A stretch of DNA of 62,628 nt, counting the filler, from Sphacelaria rigidula (lineage: Eukaryota), in assembly GCA_964200075.2 (NCBI GenBank). It is 7 parts of 7 records of this genome, joined end to end, with 100 filler letters (N's around TTAATTAATTAA, not from the genome) between each part and the next. Parts side by side here need not be neighbours in the genome. Positions count along the whole stretch, not along the records: positions 44,809 to 53,668 come from CAXNAA020009914.1; positions 53,769 to 62,628 come from CAXNAA020009915.1; 5 more parts are not named here. The stretch is one strand, 5' to 3'. Shown one piece after another: positions 52,217-62,628 of the stretch. The notes under the pieces are model-generated. The model searched no databases. It saw only the letters and a list, made by a program, of their open reading frames with translations, and was not told where the DNA came from. Made by a program: the position numbers and the translations under genes. Each line of letters begins with the position of its first letter. The first letter of the stretch is position 1.

Positions 52217-55200
52217 AGCGAACGTACACAAACGCGCGGTACTAGCATGTAACAAAGACAGGAACCCGGTAAAGTTTAAATGGAAATCGAGAAAAGAGGA
52301 ACTGTCGATCGTAGACCAATATACATACCTTGGAATAGAGATCTCCATAAACTGGTTTTGGGATACAAATATAAACGAAGACATAGAAAAGGGTGAGGCA
52401 CAGGTAGGTGGAATGGACGTGATCCTCAGAGACCCGCGCGTAGGCACGAGGATCAAGAGATATATCCTGATGAACTTGATCGTACCAAAGCTGGAATATG
52501 CAGGAGAAGTATGAGAGGGGAACGAGAAGTCGGTGAAAATAGGGGGACTGTGTTGAAAATATCCCCTAAATGTACTGTACTATCAGTTTACCAGCACACC
52601 ATGTCTTCAACGAGCCATCAGCAATTTCGCACAGCACGCTTGTCAAACTCAGCAAAGCATACTAGCCTAGCTGCCGGATCAACAATCAATCATGTTGTTC
52701 TTGCTCTGGCATAACAGTTCAGCGCATAGAGTCGTGCAGGTGTCATCAAGGTCAGCACACCGTGGCCACACCAGGTGGTCAAATTATCACTTAACCATCC
52801 TGCAACGAAACATGAGTCACATCCTACAGATCGTGTATGAACGTGTGCATCATCTCCATCGACACTGCATACCTGTCGTACGGTACACTTCTTACATTAT
52901 ACATGTGCCAATGAATGTTTGCCTCTTCCGGAAGGTAATGCGTATCCCTTTCCTCCGCTTCACTCGTCCACGGCATACCCCACTTGTGTCTATTGTACAT
53001 GATACAACGCAGGTTTTCCTCTATACCGACTCGTCCGATCCAAAGGATACTGATCCATCAGAGTACATTGTATCTGTAAAAAGCGAAAAGCCCGCCCTGA
53101 GTCTTCCGGTCTACTGTTCGTGCGTCTCATCTGACATGCGCACGTAATTGGTGAGTGTGGAAGCCTGCTCATTTCAACCCTGTTTTGTTTCAGTCAACCC
53201 TAGTGAAGCCCCACTGGGCAAACATACACTGTCACCTAAAATCCCTTTACTAGCCACGATGACATGCTTGACTTCATGCACCATAAAAATCAGCACAAAA
53301 TGACTTCTCATCATCCTCGAAGACAAGCGCCATCACACGCGGCTCAACCGGACTAGTATCCCAGCAGCCCTTTGTCCTCGTCTACCCCATCAGAGCCATG
53401 TTTACCTTCAGCCGAACCCACCACGAGATCCCTGCGAGACTCAGCACCTGCACAATTCATCACATTCTACTGCCTCCTCGCAGGAGGACCTTCCTGTGAG
53501 GAGGCATTGAAAATTCATCATTCCCGGTCGGAAATCTTACAGTACCGTGCGCACGTTATCCCTGTGTCCCATAGTCACAGTGGGCACATTGTGTACGAAG
53601 TGCTTCGTAGGGAGGAGGTAAGTGCTGTTGATCCACTACTAGAGAGTGAAGTGTCCCGACACGGAAACNNNNNNNNNNNNNNNNNNNNNNNNNNNNNNNN
53701 NNNNNNNNNNNNTTAATTAATTAANNNNNNNNNNNNNNNNNNNNNNNNNNNNNNNNNNNNNNNNNNNNCCTGATAGAGACACCTTCAACGTTCGGGAGGG
53801 GGGGGGGGGGGCGTACCGAGCGGAATCACGAGTTGACACGAGTTGTTGTATCTAAAAGTACGTGCCGTCCGTGTGCTTGTGAGTGCAGGACCGGCTCGCT
53901 ATGAAGAACGGGCCCGTAAAGCTTCGAAGAAGCGTTTTATTTTTGGAAAGGGGGAGAAACAAAGGAGGGAAAAGTTAGAATAATTATTTGGGCTAACAGG
54001 AATTCTGTGGGAACACCACGCGCTAAGTCCTACTCCTAGTCCATATATTTAGATACCACGTCGTCTAATATCTTCTTGTTCAACACGGTAGTAAGCCTAG
54101 ATCTAACTGAGCGTGACCTCATGTCAGGTCGAGTCTGGGTCTGCACATGTCGTACGACGCCTCTACTGTGCCAGTTGTTGAGATACTCAATGGTGGACGA
54201 CATCCGTACGTTATTCGGGTATGAAACGTTACGAAAGGTATCATGGTACGATGCAGCACAACAGTGCAACAGAGCGCCTTGAAACAACACTGCCCTACCT
54301 TGGTCATAATCCAGTCGGCACTCGTGATCTCGATCCAAAATCTCAGCGATTGCTTTCTATGCGTAATCGCTCAAATCTGCCGGTCGAAGTGACTTCACTG
54401 TACATCTCCCTATTCGTTCTTTTGAGAACGCGTCCCCCCTTCCCCCTCCACCTCCTCCTTCTTCCGTCCCCCACCGGACGCGGGTGATGACTTCGATTCT
54501 GTCATCGTGCTTGGCATATTCTGGCTGACGGTGCATGGATAGGAGGGCCCTTGTTTCGAGCATGGGTATCCCGAGACACTTCTGCGAGCGCACGGTGCAT
54601 CCATGCGTAACATCGTTGCGAAGGAACCCCAGGTGTGATTCAGTGAAGAGCAGGGTGAAGTAGATAGACCGCGCCCGACATAATAGAGTCAGAAAAAATT
54701 CACAACAGTCGACACTATGTCAAATGAGATCAAGCATAACCGGCAAATCCACAGCGGGTGTTGTGCACGGCGATGACTCGTTCCCCTTATGTTTTTTCTG
54801 TCGTCATTCTTCGGTGCGTTCGGCTACGTGTAATGACTCGCTGTGGTTGTCGCGTGTGGTTTAATAGGAGTGTTTTTTCATCACATGTCCCCTCGGCACC
54901 CCAACTTCCCACCGTAGCCAGATGTTAGCCTTTTGGCGTTGCGTGTACATCTCATTCAGTATGTATTCTGTCAACGACCGCGTCTCGGTGGTCGGAGTCA
55001 TACCTCGTGGGCGAGTTCGAGCGGAGTAATAGTAGTGGATTCGAATGCCGACATACTGTAAATTAGTTATTGGATTTGGTTTTCCGTCGTGGAAAGCTTG
55101 AAAACGTGAACGCGTGAGTAAATGAGAAAAAAAAACACACGACGGAAGTCGACGAGCTGCGGGGATACCGATAGTCATGATCCAACATTCGAAAGAAAGT

Positions 55201-55529
55201 TACAAGGCAGGTACCGGGGAAGAGATGCATCGATTGGTCCCTCGATACTACGGACACATTCCGAGGGAAGGACGAGGGGTAAAAACTATGACGGGGGGGG
55301 AAAAATGGAGGAAAATATGGTGGTGTCGTCAGCGTATCCCTACGGAATTAATATTTCCCAGGGTTGCCCTGAATATTATCCGCGACGAATCCTTTGCGCC
55401 CCGAGTAAAGATATAGACAGCGGTAATGACATGTGATTTCGAGGACGTGAGACTCTAAACACGGGAGCGAGCCACGAATTACCGTGGCGCATCAAGCTCA
55501 AAGCCCCATGCTGTTGCAGAACGCCGGAG

Positions 55530-56050
55530 AGGGGGTTGTACTCATGGTCCTGCATACGGTAATCATATGACCGTTGATCTCGCGTCCCTATAAAGTCGGG
55601 ACGTAGCACGCCGGGTTTTCGCCGGACCAGGCTCGTAATCAATCACCCAGCGCGAAGCGCCGTGATGTGTTCGGCGAGTCGCATGAAGGGTGAGTTGCAT
55701 CCTCCCAAGATTTTTCGGCCCGAAACGTATTGATTATCTTGCGTATGCATGATAGCCTCGAACGAGTTGCTTCATTCTCTGGTATCGCCACTTCCAGAGA
55801 CAGTCATGGCTTACACATCGCCTCATGGATGTCTCACCATTTAAACACTACGAAGTATGACCATCCCCTTTGCGCGGAATTGAAGTTTTCCTACCCCGCG
55901 CAATATGATCTGGCTTGACCACCATTATGGCTACCGCAAAACGAACGCACCGTGCAAAAACATCGGTAACCTGGTTGCCTAGCTTACGGAGTGAGTGGCG
56001 TGTTTTACAGCGTCATCTCCAACCGACGCCAACCCCATAGGGGGTCCGTC
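55530..56050. repeat. Repeat family R2 (inverted relative to 17160-17660)
   Basis: Extended reverse-complement similarity to the 17160 copy. Confidence 0.75.
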
Positions 56051-57094
56051 CCTACAAAGCGGGGACGGAGCACGTCGGGCTTTCGTCGGACCAAGCTGGG
56101 GGGGGGGGAAGGGGGGGGGAGCAAGGAGTGCTTTGAGAAAACCATCCCTCCTTCCAAGCACAGTCTATATAGTACATGCTCCGGTGCACACAAAATACGA
56201 GTCACTCTTGACGTGCCCGAAGAACGCGTATATATGTGTTCAACCAGATTGTTCAAATCTCATACAGTACAACCACCATTTTTTTGTTCTTATTTCTCGC
56301 TATTGCCCCCCCCCTGCTCCGTCTCGAAAGGGATGCGTGGTCAATGGTCAAACGACTAAGGCAAGCAACAAATGNNNNNNNNNNCCCCCCCCCCCCCCCC
56401 TCGAAAAGGAAGCGGTGGCAAAAGGCAAACACCCAAAGCAAACAACAAAAGAGTACCCCCCCCCCCCCCCCCCCCTCTCCCTGTCACCTCCTGTGCGCTA
56501 ACTGATGACCAACTGACTAGCTGAACTAAACACCCCCGATTATTGAACGCGTATGTATGAATATGGAGCAGGGGACAACGAGTTCCAACAGCAAAGATAA
56601 GAAGGGACGGCGGTACCTTTTGCTATCCCCCGGTCGTCTTACCCCGAAGAAAAACCGGGCCGGTTCCGTCTACGGCAGCTCCAGCCCGGTCCGCACCAAG
56701 GGCGGGTCCGCTTCGAACGACATACGTACATGTACATCCTCTCCACGTCACCAAGAAAAACAAATGGCACAAGAGCAGGAGCAAGATGATTGAGGGGGAG
56801 CGAGGGGGGCAGACGTGGGGTTGTGTGCACACAAGGGCAAAGAACGTGATGAGGATAGGGAGAGTTTCTGCTGAGTGACGGCGCGATAGCCCCCCCCGCA
56901 AGGGCGAAACACTGCCACGAAGAAATGACCATGGAATACAGCGCATCGAGATGATGGGTGGTTCTCGAAATCAGGTCTTGGAATTTATATTGAAGAATGC
57001 AGATGGCTGATTTCAGACGCCAATCATTCTTGAACACGATTTTGAAGAATGCACATGAAGCTGGTTTCATAAATCAGTTCTTGAAATGAGTGTG

Positions 57095-57095
<1 letters not shown>

Positions 57096-57130
<35 letters not shown>

Positions 57131-57154
57131 ATCTCACATTAGCTGATTGCAACA
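57096..57154 (-). mobile_element. Very short retroposon 3' end with an (AATC)n tail
   Basis: Reverse complement of 7838-7884. Confidence 0.7.
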
Positions 57155-57159
57155 ATGTT

Positions 57160-57496
57160 GTGTTGTCACCCCATCTATTCCGGACGCCAGTCTACACTTT
57201 TTTTGGCATATGTTGGCGCGCCAGCCGGGGTCACACAGGAGGGAGGCCAAAACAGGAGTTTTTTTAGCTCTCCACCTTCCTTCTGCGGTGCTTGCTTTAT
57301 TTTTTATCGCGAGAGGGGTTCAGCAGTCCCTTTCCCTCATCGACAGTGAGGTCGAATTTTGGGTAACCACGACATGATCGCTCTCCACTGTTGGGCATTG
57401 TATGAGAAATATCCCAGATCATGTAACTGCACCGAGATTCGAACCCACGACTCAACCGTCAGAAGGTTGCGAGGTTACCAAGTGAGCCACCGGGGC
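57160..57496 (-). mobile_element. tRNA-derived SINE
   Basis: Minus strand begins GCCCCGGTGGCTCACTTGG (A box)...GGTTCGAATCT (B box), followed by a ~270-nt non-tRNA body shared with the copy at 57770. Confidence 0.75.
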
Positions 57497-57769
57497 GGCC
57501 GGTGACCCGAATGTTCCAATCTTTCAGGAACCAGTGTGCTGTACGTATGCTCCTCTCTCTAGGTTGTGTGCGATATCGGTTTGGCCGTTACATCCGGCCC
57601 TAGTAACCAGAGCAACAATAATCATAGCGTATAGTCCTCGTCGTAAGCGTGTTTCTCGAAGCACGTATATGCCGAGACTTGAGTAGCCGGGCTCCTCGTC
57701 TAGTTGGGGCGTACATCAGACGCCAAAGATGGCCTGATTGATGTGATCATACGCGATACCTGAGTGTGT

Positions 57770-58078
57770 GTGCTGTCATCCCATCTATTCTGGACGCCAG
57801 TCTACAGCTTTCGGTGTATGTGGGCGAATATTTTTTTTAGTTCCTTCTTAGTTCTTTGTTCAAGTACTCCGCCTTCCTTCTGCGGTGCTTGCCTATTTTT
57901 TTTTATCGTGAGAGGGGTTCAGCGGTCCCTTCCCCTTGTCGACCGTGAAGTCGAACTTTGTCTACCCACGACGTAGTCGCTTCTTCACTGTTGGGCATGG
58001 TGTTAGGAAACGCCAGATTGTGTGACTGCACCAAGATTGGAACCCACGACCTGCCCGTCAGATGGTTTCGAGGTTACT
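57770..58078 (-). mobile_element. Second copy of the same SINE, lacking the A box
   Basis: CCATCTATTC-GGACGCCAGTCTACA...CCTTCTGCGGTGCTTGC...GAACCCACGAC matches the first copy. Confidence 0.75.
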
Positions 58079-58856
58079 ACGTGATATACGATTTATAAGA
58101 GTGTAGTGTAGTAATTCCAATAATGATACGCCCCCCCAACGAAAAAATTGAATGATGTCAGGTGTCACACATACATGTATTTATATATATATATACAAAG
58201 TCTGAAATCCTCTATACAATGGAGAGAGGTATCTCAAACTCGAGGTTCCAGACATATATATATATATATATGTTTAGCAGAAAATTAATGTTCAATGTAT
58301 CGGTAAACTAATACTGTCAAATATGTCGGGAACCCCGAGTAAGAGATGCGTGTGCAGTATGATACAGGTATCAGCAGACAGCATATAGTATGTTCTACCT
58401 AATGGTGCATGAAATAGTTTAATTGCGATTGGAGTATTGTACAAACACAGACAACGGTATATATACGGCTCCACGCCCGTATGTAGGATATAACATGTGC
58501 ATTGAGTGCTCAACTTGATTAAGGTATACAGGACAGGACCCTTATTTGTTCGAGGTTCATGGCCTGTATAACGCCTCGCAAAAATAAAGTAAAATGAAGT
58601 CGCCGATGTGCATGACGGCGCGGAGGATCAGGGAACAAGGATAGCACAAAGCTGCCGCGGGGCGGTTGATTGTTTTCCGTGACGGAAGGGGGAAACCTAA
58701 CCCAACATTCACTTCCCCGCAAGCGGGGTCGTGTGCCGATTGATTACTCGGAGGCTCGATCTGCCTCCCTCGTGGCAGTCATGTGGGGTAGGCGCCTGGG
58801 GCGTTTGCAAGCTTCGCTCAAGGCAGTTTGGAGGTCGCGCCCACTAAAACCCCCTA

Positions 58857-60041
58857 CGAGCTGAGCCAGCCTAAAAAAGGTGAATTTGTAGTTTGCAGGC
58901 CCATTCGCCGGCCAATATTTAGAGTGAAGCCATAACTTTGGTATGGACAATGAATAGGGCATAATATATTTTTTCACGACGCGTGAAATGCCCTGAACTC
59001 ATGAAAAAAAAACTCTTTGAGTGCACTCGTATTTTATTTTTATTTTGCTCTATTCAATGTCCACTCCAAATTTCAGGCTCCAACTCTGAATAATGTTGGC
59101 CGGCGAATGGGCCGTTTGTTTAGAAACCGGATCGGTAGAAAATCGGAACAGTATTTGCAGACCACTTACCGACCCACATTTGTTTGGTGTTTGTGTATAT
59201 TGAAATTTCGTGTGGGACCTCGGTAGGGCATAGTGCACAAAAAAAGTTGGTCAAGTTGATATTCATTTATTTTCTCCACTGGTTTAGGGTGTTTTAGTAT
59301 GCGTTTCAGTATGGTAACGACCATTTTTTTACGAGAACGCCCAACACCCCCCCCCCCAAAAAAAAAAAAAAAAAAAAATCATTTTTCTTTTTTTTTAGTA
59401 AAAATTATTGTGTTTCCCTCGCCCTAGTTTCAAATCACATTTCTAAAAATTGAGCTAAAAAATTGAGAGATGGCCCAAGTGCAATGTCCATTTCTCCTCA
59501 AAACTACCCTGAAAGAAGAAGAAGAAAAATGACGAAACTGTGTCTTTTTAAAACATTATTGCACTGCTAGCGGTTCTCCATACGAAATTTCATAGCACAA
59601 CTCTCGAAAACTGAGACGCGATATTATCCAGATTTGGTTCATCAAGTGCCTCTGCTCGTAATATATTGATTTCAGTTTTGAACTCCATGTGCGCCATACC
59701 TCGAGATAGATAACGAGTTAGGTGAAGGTGAGGGTATCTATCGTCTCCCCGCGTGCTCTAGGGAATGTCCACACCAAAAATCGTCATCATCCGCTGACTG
59801 TGTCATTCGGGGTTTTATATCGATTTTAGTATGGACGCTATCTCCGTACGGTATACTCGTAGGAATTACGAGACATGTGGTTTGATCAACGAAAAAGTAT
59901 TTTGGCTCGGACTTTTGAGCAGATGGGCACCTTACCGTTGATTAGACGATTAATACGATATGCAGATCACGGCCCAACTCGTCTGTGTCGATGCGATATT
60001 GCTTCGAGAGCTCAAACCCGTTTCTAGGCTGGCCCAGCTCG
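58857..60041. mobile_element. ~1.2-kb non-autonomous TIR element (CGAGCTG(A/G)GCCAGCCTA family)
   Basis: TA|CGAGCTGAGCCAGCCTAAAAA...TTTCTAGGCTGGCCCAGCTCG|CA, with internal inverted repeats. Confidence 0.78.
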
Positions 60042-62560
60042 CATCAACTTGGCGCAGTGCCCGCGCCATCATGCTCTTATGAGCGGCGCTGGAATCTTGT
60101 GAGCCGCCGCGCGGTTGGATGGAGATTAGTTTTGTCGTCCGTTAGGAGAGATACATCACTACCGTATCCACTGCAGGCAACATATCGGCGCTACACCGAA
60201 CAACAGAGTAAGCTCCTTCACACAAAGCCCCTGATTACCCTTCGAAAAGTCCTCGGTGTGTGTCGACAGCGATGGTTATTGTGCTGTTAGGGTCAAGTGC
60301 GGTCGCCGTTTGCGGGCGTACGCAGGAAAATTTGACTAGCCTTTTTTGAATTAAAGACTTGTTGAAGAGCAGAAGAAATCCAGCACGACCTACCTAGTTG
60401 CCGGCTGTGCTGGTACGAGCGTACGCTACCGCACCGTCCATACGGTAGGTAATATCTACAGCTTGTGGTGTGGTGGCGGGTGTATCTGAGAATACAGCTG
60501 ACAAAAAGCATGCTGGAAACTTCATACTGGGCTTTCGAGTATGCCTCTTGTTTCGTTCGACAGCGTTTTATTGCCGCCGATGACCCCCGCAACAGCAAAT
60601 ATCCCAGAGGGCGATAAACCTGAGCGATTATCAAACACAACGTATACAGCAAGCGCTGCGTGGCCAGGCCGGGTACGCACCACAGAATTGTGCGCTCCGC
60701 GCTGAGGCCCTAGGCGCGTGCGCCCCCCCCGCCAGGGGCCCGGGTGCGCGCGCTGCAGGGAGAAGCGGGTTAGCAGCCCCCCCCGTTGGTGGATACTCTA
60801 ATGAGCTCACATGCCGCACTTTCAATAGTAATATATTAATTGTAGTAGGAGTGGTACCCACTCGGAAACCTCACCAGCCTAAACGCGTCGGCACTTTTAG
60901 ATGCAGCATCTCTTTCTCCCCCTGCCTCCCCCCCCCCCACCTGCTATACAATATATTATACAGCCACGCACTCGTAGTAGAAATTGTGATCAGTATTACA
61001 GATAATCATGATGTATACCTCCCCCTCCCCCCCCCCTTCCTCCCCTCGCGTGCCTGATCGTGCAGTGAGCGTTATTCTAGTGACCTCTCCTTCATTTTCT
61101 ATGTTGATCATAATATCCCTTTCCCCCCGTTGTTAGGTCACGAAGCCTCAATCAGCGCCCTTTCTCTCTCACCCGACACCTGCTACTTACTGTCACTATA
61201 ACATATATATGACTAAACTCACTTCTTGGACAACGCTCTATTATGATCGGCGGTGGTTAACAGTATTATCGTGATAATCGTAGTAGTAGGTGCTGCTGCT
61301 GTCACCGGTGGGACTCGGGGATATTCTTTCCTCTCCGCTGCTGCGCACCCTTATTTTCTGTCTCCACTCACCATTTTCTTGTTTTTTTCTGTCCTCGTGA
61401 TTGGTCTCTCGCTCTTGGTGTTTGCACCTCACACTGCTCTCGCTCGTCGTGCCGCGTGGATCCCTTTGCGGCGGTCGTCATGAACGATGCTGTTTTTTTC
61501 TCGTTCAGTTGTCTCTTGCCTACTTCTATTATAGTAATCCATTAATTTAACATTCTTTCTAGTATTGTATGGTCTGGTTGAATATAGTCATATTTATTAG
61601 TAGTTACTACAGTATTAACGACGACCGCAACCGCCCCGCCCCCCGGCTTCGTTCGGATCTTATCCACGTCGCCTGCGCTCGGGCACGGCATACGGGCATG
61701 CATGCGTTATACTATGTCACTTATAATAATATACTGTCTCTGCTCGCCTCGGGTCCATTTTTATTTGTTCATTTTGGGTCGGCTGCAGGCCACCGCACCT
61801 GATGACAGCTACATAAACTTGCATCAAAGATGATGTTATTTATGCCACAGCGTAAACCGAAAATAAACGGTGCATGGCAACATGAACATACACCCGCATA
61901 CGATTATTATACTCGTGCATGATAATAATGACTCGAAATTATATTATTTTTTGTGGACGATATACCCGCCGCGCACGCGGTCCGCAGTCAGTCGTCGTGG
62001 TGCAATATACTCCTCGGCATCATCATCGTGCATGCATGCATAATCATAGCAATCTGGAGTTCCGCTGGTCTTTGTCTGCCGCAACTGTATGCTGTTTCGG
62101 TATCTTGCGGCCGTTTCAGGTGGTGGTGGGATCCCTCCGAGCTCGTCGGCTCCTCTTAGTACAGTATTAGTAGTACAGTATAACATTATAGTATACAAAA
62201 ACGTGCTACTACCCGCCCGCCTTGGGATTTTTGACTTCTGACATGTATATGCAACAGTACTATACACATATTACATATATCTTGTCAGCCAGCCATCTTC
62301 TTTCTTGTCTTGTCAACACAAAAAAAAGCGTTCGAACATACAACACTCGAGTTCATGAGCGACTTGGTTGTCCACGGACGGGGAGAGTACAGTATAGTGT
62401 AGTTATATTTTTTCTATATGAAATTATCTTACCTTTCCTTGATTTTTCAGATAACATGCGTAAGTATTTGTGTATTATTACTACGTGGTACTTGCGTGGT
62501 ATATAATATATTCACAACCAATCGCTGAAAAGTCAGACGGAAAAAAAGCGCATGGAGATG

Positions 62561-62561
<1 letters not shown>

Positions 62562-62591
<30 letters not shown>
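62562..62591. repeat. (TTG)n microsatellite
   Basis: Directly visible. Confidence 0.9.
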
Positions 62592-62628
62592 CTTCACATT
62601 AAAAACCGTTCCGATATCTGCGCGGTAC

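Larger units (their letters stand above)
49590..52545 (+). mobile_element. Decayed LINE (non-LTR retrotransposon): APE endonuclease plus reverse transcriptase
   Basis: VVGDFNA (~49910), KWWNEEVKEA, LKSRKAARSDEIVN, IWESEYTPERLREG...RGIALLSIVGK, QAGFRPNRGCVD, QG*TLSP, LADDSVG, VDQYTYLG. Many stops and frameshifts, plus two MITE insertions. Confidence 0.88.

Noticed and set aside
57425-57496. tRNA gene
   Set aside because: A and B boxes are present, but I could not build a full cloverleaf and it is attached to a repeated body, so it is a SINE head.
54036-62506. Short ORFs in the last contig (54036-54338, 56557-56793, 60293-60652)
   Set aside because: No recognisable domains or convincing multi-exon structure.

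Overview
Eukaryotic, intron-rich, transposon-dense DNA, most consistent with a brown alga (Phaeophyceae). That assignment is inferred from splice signals, a stramenopile-like TCTP and TTAGGG-type repeats. The window is almost certainly not contiguous: six 100-nt N spacers carrying a TTAATTAATTAA linker separate seven pieces of 8862, 8862, 8862, 8861, 8861, 8860 and 8860 bp, as expected for size-sorted unplaced contigs. Nothing should be joined across the spacers. Host genes are a 4-exon minus-strand gene for a ~1179-aa low-complexity protein, the 3' half of a TCTP gene, three exons of a MORN3-like gene, and two exons of a small unidentified gene. The rest is mostly decayed mobile DNA: three Ty3/gypsy remnants, an integrase fragment, a LINE, tRNA-derived SINEs and many MITE/foldback elements. 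The best candidate for novelty is that two different gypsy families each carry a second Royal-family-like module after the integrase chromodomain (Tudor-like in one, PWWP-like in the other). Also notable are TIR elements with internal telomere-repeat cores. All domain calls were made by eye. No CRISPR, rRNA or intact tRNA was seen.
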